Assembly (NCBI GenBank): GCA_964252035.1
Contig: OZ176211.1
Direction: 5' to 3' (one strand)
DNA from: Podarcis erhardii
Lineage: Eukaryota
Length of the DNA stretch: 64,000 bases
The translations under genes were made by a program, and so were the position numbers. Each line of letters starts with the position of its first letter. Position 1 is the stretch's first letter. This document shows, piece after piece, positions 26,785-38,456 of the stretch. Under the pieces are notes generated by a model. It was not told the DNA's origin and ran no database searches. It saw nothing but the letters and a program-made list of their open reading frames with translations.

Positions 26785-27007
26785 CAGTGGTACCTCGGTT
26801 TATGAACTTAATCCATTCCGGAAGTCCGTTCTTAAACCAAAGCCTTTCTTAAACCAAGGCACGCTTTCCCTAAAGAGGCCTCCACCGTTTGGATTGCGTT
26901 CTTAGACTGAGGTAAAGTTCTCAAACCAAGACACTATTTCCAGTTTTGCGGAGTTTGTAAACCGAATAGTTCTTAAACTGGACTGTTCTTAAACAGAGGT
27001 ACCACTG
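26785..27007. mobile_element. Tc1/pogo MITE, second of the tandem pair, with a different internal sequence
   Basis: Starts directly after the shared TA (26783-26784) and ends GAGGTACCACTG|TA. Confidence 0.92.
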
Positions 27008-27218
27008 TACATAAACTATTTATGGACTGATTAATGCTGGGGGTGTACAGGAAACAGGAAACAGCTTGAACATACCAGGAAATTGGAACTACCAGCCATC
27101 AATGACAGTCACCTATCTGCAGGCAAAGAAATGAGAAAAAATGTGCAGACAAAACCAGGAAAAATGTATAATTGCCTTTGGGAGGCAGTGTTTCTTTTCC
27201 CCCCTTAAAAACTTTTCA

Positions 27219-27890
27219 TTGGTGAAGAATCTGATTAACATGAACTACACTATGACATTCAACAATCTTCTGAAACCCATCTGTGTGGAAAGCACCTCAT
27301 GGAAGATCAAAACAGATATGATATTGATATTATGTAGGAAAAAGCAAGAGGAAAAATGGGAGTGCCTAACACAAGTTGAAAAAGAGACAAAAGAGAAGGA
27401 GAAAGATGCTTATGACACTTCAGACCCAAGTGAAGGGTTGATGAATGAAAAAGATGAGGTTGATGAATGAAAGGTTGATGAATGAAAGGTTGATGAATGA
27501 AAAAGATGTATGCTGAAGGCGATGATGAAATGAAGAGGTCAATTAACAAATCTTGGGCTGAGAGCCGAGAAAAGCAAGTCCAAGATGATTTACCAATAGA
27601 CATTTGAACAAATACATCTTTTGTATGGGGCTTCTGCTGAGATCAGAGAAAGTGTGCTGTTTACACAATCTTCCGAGCAAAAACAACGAGTTTTACATTT
27701 CAGGTTGGAGATGGGAAATAAAGCATGCAGAAAAGCTTTTCTTTCAAATGTGTTGCCCTTCTCCCATAAGGCTTGAAGTGCTTTTTGTGAAATTGACAAA
27801 TATAAGTAAGCTAGTTTGAGTGCAAAAAAACCAAAAATCTTTTTATTGTAATTATGAAATACAATATTCAATAAAGCAATGTTTTATAAA
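27219..27890 (+). pseudogene. CACYBP: 5'-truncated processed pseudogene (retrocopy) of calcyclin-binding protein/SIP: CS-domain end, SGS domain and 3' UTR
   Basis: Translates as [76 protein letters not shown], then after a frameshift [34 protein letters not shown] (stop 27605-27607). This matches the vertebrate CACYBP C-terminus ([36 protein letters not shown]). It is contiguous with no introns, followed by UTR-like sequence with AATAAA at 27870-27875. No clean TSD found. Confidence 0.93.
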
Positions 27891-27913
27891 ATTAATCACC
27901 CTACTTTTAAAGT

Positions 27914-28031
27914 TGGGTAGCTCAGTTGGTTAGAGCATGGTGCTGATGATGCCAAGATGGCAGGTTCGATCCCTGTATGGGGCAGCTGCAAATTCCGCAG
28001 GGTTCTTTCCAACTCTACAATTCTGATTCTG
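27914..28031 (+). mobile_element. tRNA(Ile-like)-headed SINE with a CR1-type tail (Squam3-like), internally deleted
   Basis: A box TAGCTCAGTTGG and B box GGTTCGATCCC, then TTCCAACTCTACAATTCTGATTCT. Confidence 0.8.
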
Positions 28032-28132
28032 CATCAGCTTGCTTATATATTATCTCTGCTGTTGGAAGCTTCTGTCTGACCCCTGTGAGAACCCATGGCT
28101 GCAATCCTATACTACCTTATATTGTAGGACTA

Positions 28133-28290
28133 AGGTTAAAAAAGGTAAAGGACCCCTGGATGGCTAAGTCCATTCAAAGGTGACTACGGGGTGTGGCCCT
28201 CATTTCACTTTTCAGGCCGAGGGAGCAGGTGTTTGTCCACAGACCGCTTTCTGGGTCATGGGGCCAGCATGACTAAACTGTTTCTGGTGC
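28133..28290 (-). mobile_element. Truncated Sauria-type SINE (3' part)
   Basis: Reversed tail AAAGGTAAAGGACCCCTG and homology to the other copies. Confidence 0.8.
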
Positions 28291-28405
28291 AGCTGAGACC
28301 CATAAAACAAAATGCAATGTACAGTTCTTCTGAATAGACAGTATTGCAGTGTAATTTAAATGTCTGCACCAGACAAGAAAAGGACTTCAAAGGGTGCCTC
28401 CAGAC

Positions 28406-28653
28406 CAGGGGTCAGCAAACTTTTTTATCAGGGGGCTGGTCCACTGTCCCTCAGACCTTGTGGGGGGGCGGATTATATTTTGGGGAAAAAAGAACAAATT
28501 CCTATGCCCCACAAATAACCCAGAGATGCATTTTAAATAAAAGGACACATTCTACTCATGCAAAAACACGCTGATTCCCGGACCGTCCGTGGGCCGGATT
28601 GAGAAGGCGATTGGGCTGGATCCGGGCCCCAGGCCTTAGTTTGCCTACCCATG
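28406..28653 (-). mobile_element. hAT MITE (family A), opposite orientation
   Basis: Reverse homologue of 8457-8709 with 8-bp TSD CTCCAGAC (28398-28405, 28654-28661). Confidence 0.92.
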
Positions 28654-28751
28654 CTCCAGACTGTCATTATTTTCCAGGAAAGATTCAAGCTCAAAGTAGA
28701 AATTTTGGTTTGCACCATCGAAATGGACCAAAGCACTTTATCATTCTAGCA

Positions 28752-28890
28752 CAGTGTGTCCCCAAATTGGGTCTCCAGCTGGTTTTGGACTACAATTCTC
28801 ATCATCCCTCACCACTGGTCTTGCTAGCAAGGGATGGTGGGAGTTGTAGTCCAAAAACAGCTGTAGACCCAACTTAGGGAAACACTGCTC
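28752..28890. repeat. Palindromic MITE of the GGACTACAACTCCCATCATCCCT family; relatives near 10.6, 10.9, 34.1, 45.8 and 53.6 kb
   Basis: Inverted arms CAGCTG.TTTTGGACTACAA.TC.CA.CATCCCT / GGGATGGTGGGAGTTGTAGTCCAAAAACAGCTG, with CAGTGT / ACACTG termini. Confidence 0.75.
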
Positions 28891-29536
28891 CAGCACGACA
28901 AATCTACTTTTTTAAAAAACCAAAACCTTTCACAATTAGGAAAGTGGCAAGGACATGCACTGAAAAGTATGGGATGAACAAATGAGGAATAAGATGACAT
29001 ATAAACACCCTGCAAGCCAATCAAGATAAATGCTCATTGTCATATAACTAACTTCCTCTCAAACAAATTGAGTGAATGCTCAAGGGACGTAGCCTAACCT
29101 TTGTGTTAAGCACGGTGCAATAAATGAATGTTCCATAAACTGGTTGTCTGGAGGAGCCCAGAGATGATGGCCTAGTCTGTGTGTCTCATCAAACCTACTT
29201 AAGAACAAACTAGGGTTTAATGTGAATGCACAGTGTGTTGGTGCCACTGAAAGGTTCTCACTCTACTCCTCCTCAGCTCAAATTGCTGCTGCACCCTGGA
29301 TGAAACAAGATAGAGTATGAATAGTCCTATGTCTGAAACTGGGCTCATGGTTTCTTCCCCAAAACAAATCACAAGTCCAAATTCAGATGACACAAGCCTG
29401 ATTCTGGCATGTTTTGTCTTATGGCGTGGCAGCAGGAGTGAAGGAGCAGTACACCCAGGGAACTTTTGACTAATAATGCAGCAGCAGACCAGAAACAGAG
29501 CATGATGTGCATTAAAACCACACCGAGAAAGTTTAG

Positions 29537-29898
29537 GTAAAGGCAAAGGTACCCCTGACCGTTAGGTCCAGTCATGGACGACTCTGGGGTTGCGTGCTCA
29601 TCTCGCTTTAAAGGCCGAGGGAGCCGGCGTTTGTCCGCAGACAGCTTCCAGGTCATGTGGCCAGCATGACTAAGCCGCTTCTGGCGAACCAGAGCAGCGC
29701 ATGGAAACACCGTTTACCTTCCTGCCGGAGCAGTACCTATTTATCTACTTGCACTTTGACATGCTTTCGAACTGCTAGGTGAGCAGGAGCTGGGACCGAA
29801 CAACGAGAGCTCACCCCGTCACGGGGATTCGAACCGCCGACCTTCTGATCGGCAAGCCCTAGGCTCTGTGGTTTAGACCACAGCGCCACCCTTGTCCC
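29537..29898 (-). mobile_element. Full-length Sauria-type SINE
   Basis: Complete head, body and tail in reverse. 14-bp TSD CCGAGAAAGTTTAG at 29523-29536 and 29899-29912. Confidence 0.95.
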
Positions 29899-32800
29899 CC
29901 GAGAAAGTTTAGTGAACATTAAATGCAACTGATAAAATCTTGCCATTGATTAACTCAATTCACACTGCATAAATACACATCATACGTAATCAGGAGTCAA
30001 TGGGAATCTGGTCAGCTCACTCAAGGCATACAAAAGAAAATTTTTAAAAATCAAGTGTTTTCAGTACCACTGGGACTCATATAACAATCAGTGTTGCTCA
30101 GCAAGCTGTAAAAGAGAGCAATAATTCTGCATCACAGCTGTGTGTAATCTGCACAATAATACAGGTGCACATGCAGATATGCGCTTCCTTACTGCTGCCC
30201 CAAATTCCAAGCAAAGGTAAACCAAATTATGTGCAAGAAAAACGGGATTCAGTGAACTACATTAAAATATTGACATTTCCCACAAAGATGACGAGGTCTG
30301 GTAAGAGCCAATTTCACTACGAGTGTTTGTTCCAAGATGCATGCTTTAGCAGGGTTTTAGGGGAAATGCTGCAAGAGTCTACTCCTCTCCCACCTACCCG
30401 CATGTCGTCCTGTTTTTAGCTAGTGAGACTGGAGTCATGGGAGTCCACAGAGAACTGGCCCACTATTTCTAGGGGACCTCATGACAAGCAGTGGTGGTTC
30501 TTAGCCTCTGAGGAACGTACGTTTCAGATCTGCCCCTCCATTTTCCCTCGATTATTTTATGAAATATGATCTGAGTTAGACACCTGTTTCTGATGCTTCC
30601 TTTTGGCTTTGAGTTGACTTGCCACTCCAGAGGTGGTTTTAGGGTGGTACAACTGGTGTGGTTGCACTGAGCACAGCGGTGCAGGGAGCGCTAAATCAAT
30701 GGTGTAAAACAGAACGCCAGAGGCGGGAGTGCCTACTTTTAGTGTTGCACACGGTGCCACTGACATTTGAGAGCCCAAAGTCCACCACTGCCCAACCCCA
30801 GCAGCTACACTAAGATTGTTATCTTGCCCAGCAAAACAATGTATGTCCTTTTCAATAATAAGAATAATAAGACTAATAATACCTTGTCCATCTGGCTGGA
30901 TTTCCCCAACCACTCTTTGAAACAAAGCAAAACAAAACACTTTTGCCTGAGAGATTTGGGCTTTCACATATTCAGCTATGAGGGCCGTTGGTAAATGAAA
31001 AGAAGCTGGTCATCTCTGAATTCTATTCCAACCCCAGCTGAGTGATGCACGCATCTGTCTAGTTGTTAAGTGCAAGATTTAGGGATAAACCAGGTTTAAA
31101 TCAGTGGTGTGTTCTTTGGCTAATGAAAGAACTGCCAATGCAATTCCTTTGGAATTCATTTTAAAACAAAACTGCAAATTTGACCATCAAGTTGTTGATG
31201 ATTCTTGATGAAACACAGTTGTCATTTTAAAGAAATCACATCCAAACCACCGAAGTGTGCAAATGTGAGGTCTGTTGTGTGGGTCCACTTACAATGGAGC
31301 ATCTGGAAGTTGAAGCTTGCAGGGAGCATGTTTTTATGTTTCCAGAGTAATTAACAATAAACTGTTGTTTTATCTTCTTGTCTCTAGCTTTGGGTTACGG
31401 TTCATTTTCCATCTTGTTTGCCCTTAGTGGTGAGCGGTGCAATCCAAGGACAATAAACATTATATTAGATGCCACAAACAACAAAACAATTGCGGGGGCT
31501 TTGCCATTGACTGCGCTGAGTTCTCTCCTTGTTATCTGTAAGTGCAGATATGCTGGGGTGCATAAAAGCAAAAATAATAATATTTCCTCCATTTAAAAAA
31601 TAAATAATAATAATGACTCTGCTAGTTTCCCACCCCCATGATAAAATATACTAATTTAAATTTATGGGAATGAAACTGAGTTGGCGTTAATTGCAGAAAT
31701 GGTTTTCGTTTTGTTTTTTTCACAGCACAACTGACAGTAATTTCCCCACCAAGGCAACTTCACAATTTTACATTCTGGGCAGTGCATGTGGGTTTATTAC
31801 CATTTTATCCCCATAAAAACCTTACAAGATAGCTTGGGAGTTAGCCAGTTGTGCAAGGCCACCCATAGCTAAGTTAACATTTGAACCCAAGACTCTCTAT
31901 CTACCAAACCACAGCTGGCTATATAACACTTTAATATGCGCAGCTCTTGCCAATGGTGGTTGCAGTCCAGGAACACTGTGTGAGAGACCATTATATGTAC
32001 AGGCTTCCTTGAAGTTCCCACTATTGCCACACCTGTTGCTGAAGAGGCAAGCCACGTTTCAAACTGAAAAGCAGCTTGCCTCCTCAGTCGTGTAAACGGC
32101 ATTGGTGGTGATTTCTTTAAAATCTCCGAGTACATAGTGTTCTCTTCCCCAACAAATGGCTTCAGTGGATTGGGAAAAGGCTATAGCTCTGTGACAGAGC
32201 ATGCAGAAAATCCCGGGGTTCAATCTCCAGGACCAATGCTCTGAATAAGGCAGCTTTCTGGGATTTCAGTCATTGTCTATACAAATTAAAAAGGACAACC
32301 CTGGCTCTTGATGATAGTGGCTTGAAAGCGGCTGCAATATCCCCGTCTTTAAATAATTTGTCATCAGAGGGAATCTGCCTTGGGGAGGTGTATTTGCAGC
32401 CCTCTCTCTACCAGTCACCGAGATAAGATATGAGCTTCCTTTGAAAAGATAAGAGTCATAAAGCATTCTGGAGAGAGAATGGGTGCTTAGCTAATAGATG
32501 CGCATAATTGCTAGGTAACAGTATTCCTTGATGGGGAATTTTGACAGCCAGTTTTGAGTGGCATCACAAAAGACACGCAATGTGTTCAGTGCCTGTACTC
32601 ATTTCCTTGGAATCCTCCACAATATCAGCTGTAATTAAAGAGAGAGAGAGAGAAGTTCCCAAATATTTCAAGATCTCAAGCAGGCATTTTTGTGGCATTG
32701 TGTCAGAGAAGTGTATAGGCGTTAAGAGCAAGTGTTGATATTTCCCCTTTGTTCCAGCTACCGTGCTGTAAGGAGCTGAGAATGAATTGCATGGGAGTTA

Positions 32801-34629
32801 AAGAGAACGCGGGTTGAGGGTGGGGAGAGAAACACGCTGTGGTCTGGAGGGAAGGGGGAAGCTGTAATTACCTTCGTATGTACAGGAAGGTATTAGAGAA
32901 ATGAATGGGAGATTGGCATGCTAAAAGCCAATTTACGCTCCCCACCCAATGAGGCAAAGGGAAGCAAAGATGCTATAAGAGACCAGCTGGCAAGGGCAGC
33001 ATTCTAAAAAGGCAGGAACGCTGTTTCAAAGGCCACATAACGTTCTATGGCCAAATGGTTAGTTTTATTCTTTCTGTTTTATCTTAGAAATAATTGTAGC
33101 GTCTTCCCTTTGTATTAGGCCACCAACCGTCCATCTTTAATTTCCACAAGTGCATGCAAATTAGGAGTTCATGTTTTTCAAGTTGGCAGCGTGCATATCA
33201 ATTTTTTGAAACCCAGCTACAGCTGGGGGGAGGGGGGGCAGTGTGCGGGGAAGAGGCAGGGTGCACTTGGGATCGAAATGCGTGTGTGACCCGGTCCAAG
33301 TTGCACAGTTTTATAATTATCGAAGCTGAAAAAGAATATGCTGTTCGAGTTGGTTATAAAACACAAATCTGGAAGAGAAAACATGTCTCAACGTTCAGAA
33401 GTCCTTTCCCTGTTCTTTTTTGGGAACCTCAGCTCAATCACAGTTTACTTTAACTATTTGCATTAAAGGTACATATCAACTTTTTAAAAATTTGTGTTAG
33501 CTATTTGGGGAGACTTGAGTTCAGATGGCGAGAGGAGGACATGTGTCCTTGGCTTTGACCCAGATATTCCAATTGCTTCCTGATTATCCTATAGACCCAT
33601 CTATGCATCACCTATGAAGAGTCTGAATGGGTCACTTTAGAGTGATGTGCATACAAAGCTCAATTTGAGCCACAAAGTGGCAGAGTTTAGGTCGGGACTA
33701 TTTTGATTTCAAATGTATGAAGTATGCGGAAAGAGGGTGCTCTGTGCATGTGCGAAATGTAATTTCCTTAAGTCACACAGTAACCACAGTTGCCTCCATA
33801 CCTCTTTGAGGAGGGAGCAAAGATTCTAAGAGTGTGACATTTCTAGATAAGCATGGCCTTAGCACCTTTCATATTCAGAAATGTGAGCCCTCTAGATGCA
33901 GATCCGAGAAATCTGTGATTTTGATTCCTTTTAAGCCAATGAAGTCACCAGGTGCCATCTTTTGTGTAGGTCCATCTCAATTCCTCAACTGTAGTTGTAA
34001 CCAACACTTGCCCTCTCGTCTCAGGTCTACCTGGCTACACTGCTAAGATGATCTGGAGAAAGCTACTGTCCTTGAACCCTCTAGATGTTGCTAAACCACA
34101 ACTCCCATCTCAGCAAGCATGGCCAAAGCTTCCCCATATCTGGTCTAGATACCCTCTGTCTTGGTGCCCTCCAGCTGATCTGGACTTCAACTCTCAATGT
34201 CCCTATTGGTTATGCTGGCTGAGGTTGATGGGGTTTGTAGTCCAAGACAGCTGGAGAGCATCAGCTTCAATGAGACTGCTTTAGATAAGTGATGTATCCC
34301 ACAGCTGTGTGGGAGTGATTTGCTCATGGCTTCCCATGGCTGAAGGGGGTTGAAATGAAGACCAAGTCCAATGTTATATGAACCACACACTACTGACACT
34401 TATTCTGCAATCTGATATCCACTTACCTAGAACTAAACCCTGCTGAACTCAGGCATGCATCAAACTGAACTGTAACAAAGCAGCATGCTTTCTCCCTGCA
34501 CAAAATGTTTTATAACATTAATTTTTACAAAACTAACTTGGCAATTCCAAATGTCTCAATCACAAGAGAGAGAAAATCAGAATAGCCGGCAGCATTTTCA
34601 GTACAGTAATAACTTGTTTGTTTCTAGTT

Positions 34630-34810
34630 ACAGATAGGTAGCCGTGTTGGTCTGCCATAGTCATAACAAAACAAATTCCTTCCAGTAGCACCTTAAAGAC
34701 CAACTAAGTCAGTTCTTGGTATGAGCTTTCGTGTGCATGCACACGAAAGCTCATACCAAGAACTGACTTAGTTGGTCTTTAAGGTGCTACTGGAAGGAAT
34801 TTGTTTTGTT
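34630..34810. mobile_element. Penelope-like terminal-repeat fragment forming a perfect loopless palindrome (34665-34810)
   Basis: Two 73-bp arms are exact reverse complements, centred between 34737 and 34738. GTAGCCGTGTTGGTCTG...GTAGCACCTTAAAGACCAAC...GAGCTTTCGTG resembles the sauropsid Penelope terminal repeat as I recall it. Confidence 0.8.
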
Positions 34811-35276
34811 TTTTTCTAGGCTTTCATATTCATTACAAAGAGACTATGAGTATATATAACTGTGATGTGCGTGCGCACACACACATACACTGCAGTGCTG
34901 CAATATTTTGATGGTTTTAATAAGCTAAACCTAATAAAGGGGATATACTATACTCAGTACAAATGTCAGGTTAAGTTAAATCAAAACACCAAGCAAAGTT
35001 CTGGATGCAAATAATGGCTGGCAGGGATAATAAAGGAAGATGACTTAATTTCTGTATTTTGGGTGGTTTGGAAGGAAGACATGCAAAAGGTGGTAATTAT
35101 TTGCTATGCAATTAATTTGCTTAAATTAGCTGTGTGGTGCATTTTGGTCAACTGCCTCAGCTGGTCGTAGACAACATATTCCAGTGATCTGACAAGGGAA
35201 TGCACTTTTCTAAAAATGAAAAAATAAAAATCCTCAGGAAACTTGGTTCCATTTAATTTCAGGTCATATCCTACTA

Positions 35277-35518
35277 CAGTGGTACCTCTGGTTACGTACT
35301 TAATTCGTTCCGGAGGTACCTTCTTAACCTGAAACTGTTCTTAACCTGAAGCACCACTTTAGCTAATGGGGCCTCCTGCTGCTACTGTGCCACCGGAGCA
35401 CGATTTCTGTTCTCATCCTGAAGCAAAGTTCTTAACCTGAGGTACTATTTCTGGGTTAGCAGAGTCTGTAACCTGAAGCATATTTAACCAGAAGCATATG
35501 TAACCCAAGGTACCACTG
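35277..35518. mobile_element. Tc1/pogo MITE
   Basis: TA|CAGTGGTACCTC ... AAGGTACCACTG|TA. Confidence 0.92.
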
Positions 35519-36018
35519 TACAGAAATTTCATGCTGATTTGAAAGGAAAATCCGAGCATATTCAGCAGATCCTTAAAAGTTGCACTAACTGTCAGACTTG
35601 TTGAATCTCAGGCATGTCACACACACAAACACACAGCAGGCGTTTTAGTTCCAGGCAAAGTTATGACAGCTAGCCAGAGTGGTTGAATGGCAACTCAAAC
35701 ATCCTGAATAAGCAGAATCCGGAATTTTTGTTCAGTAAATCAGCCTGCCCCCACCCTGGTTTAAAAGACAAATGTCACACAATATACTCGAAACAGGGCT
35801 ACAAATGAATGTAATGCAGAGTTCCTCAACCTGTGGGATGCAATGTCTGTGGAAGTGGGTCATGGGCTTTGTAAGTAAATTCAAAATAATTATTGCTATT
35901 TATTCTTAACTGGTATGACTCTTATAGAGGCGATCTGTAACAGCTTGAAACAGCTCCCTGTATAAGCTTCTTGTGGTGAACTGTCACTGGATCAGTTAAC
36001 TGCCAGGATTAGTTAACA

Positions 36019-36278
36019 CAGTGGTACCTCGGGATGCGAACGGGATCTGTTCCGGAGCCCCGTTCGCATCCAGAAGCAAACGTAACTACCGACGGCACGT
36101 CTGTGCACACATGCGTTGCTTTTCGCTGCTTCTGCGCATGAGCAAGACGTCATTTTGAGCGTCTGCGCATGCGCAAGCGGCAAAACCCGGAAGCAAAGCG
36201 CTCCATTACTTCCGTATTGCCGTGGAGCGCAACTCGAATGCGCTCAACATGAAGCATATTCAACCCGAGGTATGACTG
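36019..36278. mobile_element. CpG-rich Tc1/pogo MITE variant
   Basis: CAGTGGTACCTCGGG ... CCCGAGGTATGACTG|TA, with a distinct GC-rich interior. Confidence 0.85.
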
Positions 36279-37079
36279 TAGTTAATCCAAGAGTGACCTG
36301 AAGTTTGCTTAGTTGAAATAAATAATAATGTATCAATAATGACCTGAGACCGTGCCTGGCAACTTTGAAACCTCTCATTGGCTTAGTCCCTGGCAAAATG
36401 CAAGCTTAGCCATCCCACTGATATTCAGACTTGGTTATTTCTAACCCTGCTTGCGTAACTGCATTTCTCCAGAAGAATTTTTGCAACTTAGGATGCAATA
36501 TCCTGCAATCAGATGGTGGGTGTGCTTTCATTCCCATAAACAAGACCGCGAATAAGTTTTTTTTTTAAAAAGTACAATAACATTTCAACTAATTCCACAT
36601 TAATAAAGGTGTTAAGTATATTCTTGCTTGGATGCCTCAAGGTTATAAAATAGGCAAACGTCCTGTTAAAATGCATGAAACTGATGGCTCCTGAAGACCT
36701 AAGGTCCAACACTCAAGGGACAACAGGCTAGTGGGGTCACCACTCTAAGTGAATTTGAACTTGTGGGTCGCCATATCAAAAAAGTTGGGAACCAATTGTG
36801 CCTGTTTCACTCCTCCATACTATCACCAGGGAGAAAGAAATTGTGCTTCCTGGTTTATGTCTGAACCAAAGACTATGGGTTTGTTTCAGCCCCACGCTAA
36901 GCACAATTTGCAGCTAAGGTTTGTTCTTGGCTTACTGATTGTGATTTGGTTGGAGGGGCATAAACTACGATTCCTGGTTCAGGACTAATGCCAAGTCAGG
37001 GACTGTGGTTTTCTCCCCAGCACTAACAAGGAGCAGTAAAGCAGCTGTGATTCTCAGGCCTGGCAAATCCATTAACTAT

Positions 37080-37564
37080 GGTTTGCCCGTGAGAAGGAAA
37101 CTGACCCTCAACCTCCGCTGCCTGAAAGCCTTCAGGAGGAAACCCCAAGGAAAATTCCATACCTGTTGCCTTGCAACATATTGGGGAGAAGAAAAGGCTA
37201 AGGAGTAAACCCTACACAAATCCAGAATGGAGTTCCTAAGATAGTTGGGTGGCGCCTTGTACGTTTCATTCGGGCAACTCCTGCAGCCAAACTGGTGTCA
37301 AACATATTGCTCTGCTTTCCTTGGGACCACATCAATGAGGCCAAGGTCTTGTCGCCTGGGCAGCCCAGGACCTCCATGCACACTGCCCAGGCTTGCACCC
37401 CAGGGAGGTCACTTCGGTGCTGCAAACGCAGCAAAAACAATGTGGGAGGCAGCAGTTATGAGTTGCTGGTCTCTGCGGCCACAGCAGACACCATGGTTCT
37501 CTAGGAGTTTGACCTCACTCCCAGAGGCACACTCCACTGTCTCACAAGACAGACAGATGCCAAC
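37080..37564 (+). mobile_element. RTE-LINE-derived non-autonomous repeat
   Basis: Collinear with 9905-10368, with the same AGACAGACAGATGCCAAC end plus an extra internal segment. Confidence 0.7.
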
Positions 37565-37720
37565 ATAGGAGCCAACTCCTAGGGGCTGAGCCCCCCCCCC
37601 CAATATTTTATTGGATGCCAACAACCTGTGGAAGCTAAGCATGCTCCATATAAGCACCTCCAATGTAATCTCTCTTCATTTAATAAAAGAAAATGATTTT
37701 GTCTCTATGGTTTCAAAATC

Positions 37721-37724
<4 letters not shown>

Positions 37725-37769
<45 letters not shown>
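37725..37769. repeat. (AG)n microsatellite
   Basis: Read directly from the sequence. Confidence 0.95.
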
Positions 37770-37772
<3 letters not shown>

Positions 37773-37936
37773 CATTCTGTCTCATTTATGTCATGTTTAA
37801 ATCCCGCCTTTCTGTCATGGAGCTCAAGGTGGCAGTCACAGGAGTCCCCAGCCAGTCTGCCAGCTGGGCACTGATCATGCCCAGATCTAGCCTGTCTATC
37901 ACTGCTTTAAGACATGGCACCTGATATGATATATAT

Positions 37937-38140
37937 GAGGCAGCATGGTGTAGTGATGAGAGCACTGGACTAGGACTGCAGAGACCTAACTTCAAATTCC
38001 CACTCAGACATAAAGCTCACTGGGTGATCTTGGGCGAGTCACTATTTCTCAGCCTTACCTACCTCTCAGGGTTGTTTTGAGAATAAATTGGAGAATAAGA
38101 GGATAACCATGCATTGCTGGCTGGAGTTCCTTAGAGGATA
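37937..38140 (+). mobile_element. MIR/CORE-type SINE; reverse relatives at ~5590-5706 and ~31790-31920
   Basis: GCAGCATGGTGTAGTG...TTCAAATTCCCACTCAG...AAGCTCACTGGGTGATCTTGGGCGAGTCAC...CCTACCTCTCAGGGTTGTT. Confidence 0.75.
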
Positions 38141-38334
38141 TAAATTCAATAGAGAAAGAGTAAACTTCATCTCAGAATATTGTATACCTTGCCTGTTTTC
38201 CTCCCCCCCTGTAAGCCCACTTACTCTCCTTTTTCTATCAATCCTCTTTTGTAGTTTGTAGTCACATTAAATTGCTTGCTTTTCACCTGGGTGAATATGA
38301 AGCACCTCAGTGTGTTTGTTTTATTTTTTAAAAG

Positions 38335-38456
38335 CAGGGCTTTTTTCAGCCGGAACTCACAGGAACTCGGTTCCGGCACCTCTCAGGTGGGCACCATTGC
38401 CATTATAAGAGAACAAGGTGAGTTCCGGCACCTCTTTTTCTAGAAAAATAGCCCTG
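38335..38456. mobile_element. Short hAT-like MITE
   Basis: Termini CAGGGCTTTTTT / AAAATAGCCCTG and an internal repeat GTTCCGGCACCTCT x2. No clear TSD. Confidence 0.65.

Noticed and set aside
27141-27470. ORF 27141-27470 as an intact CACYBP gene or isoform
   Set aside because: The first ~26 codons are unrelated flank, the N-terminal half of CACYBP is missing, and the SGS motif is frameshifted.
27436-27508. CRISPR-like array (also considered for 61777-61886)
   Set aside because: Eukaryotic context, no unique spacers of constant length and no cas genes; these are simple tandem duplications.
27914-27985. tRNA-Ile gene (likewise tRNA-like sequences at ~32175, ~42340 and ~58900)
   Set aside because: The anticodon arm and acceptor stem are degenerate and the sequences run into SINE or CR1-type tails; they are SINE heads.
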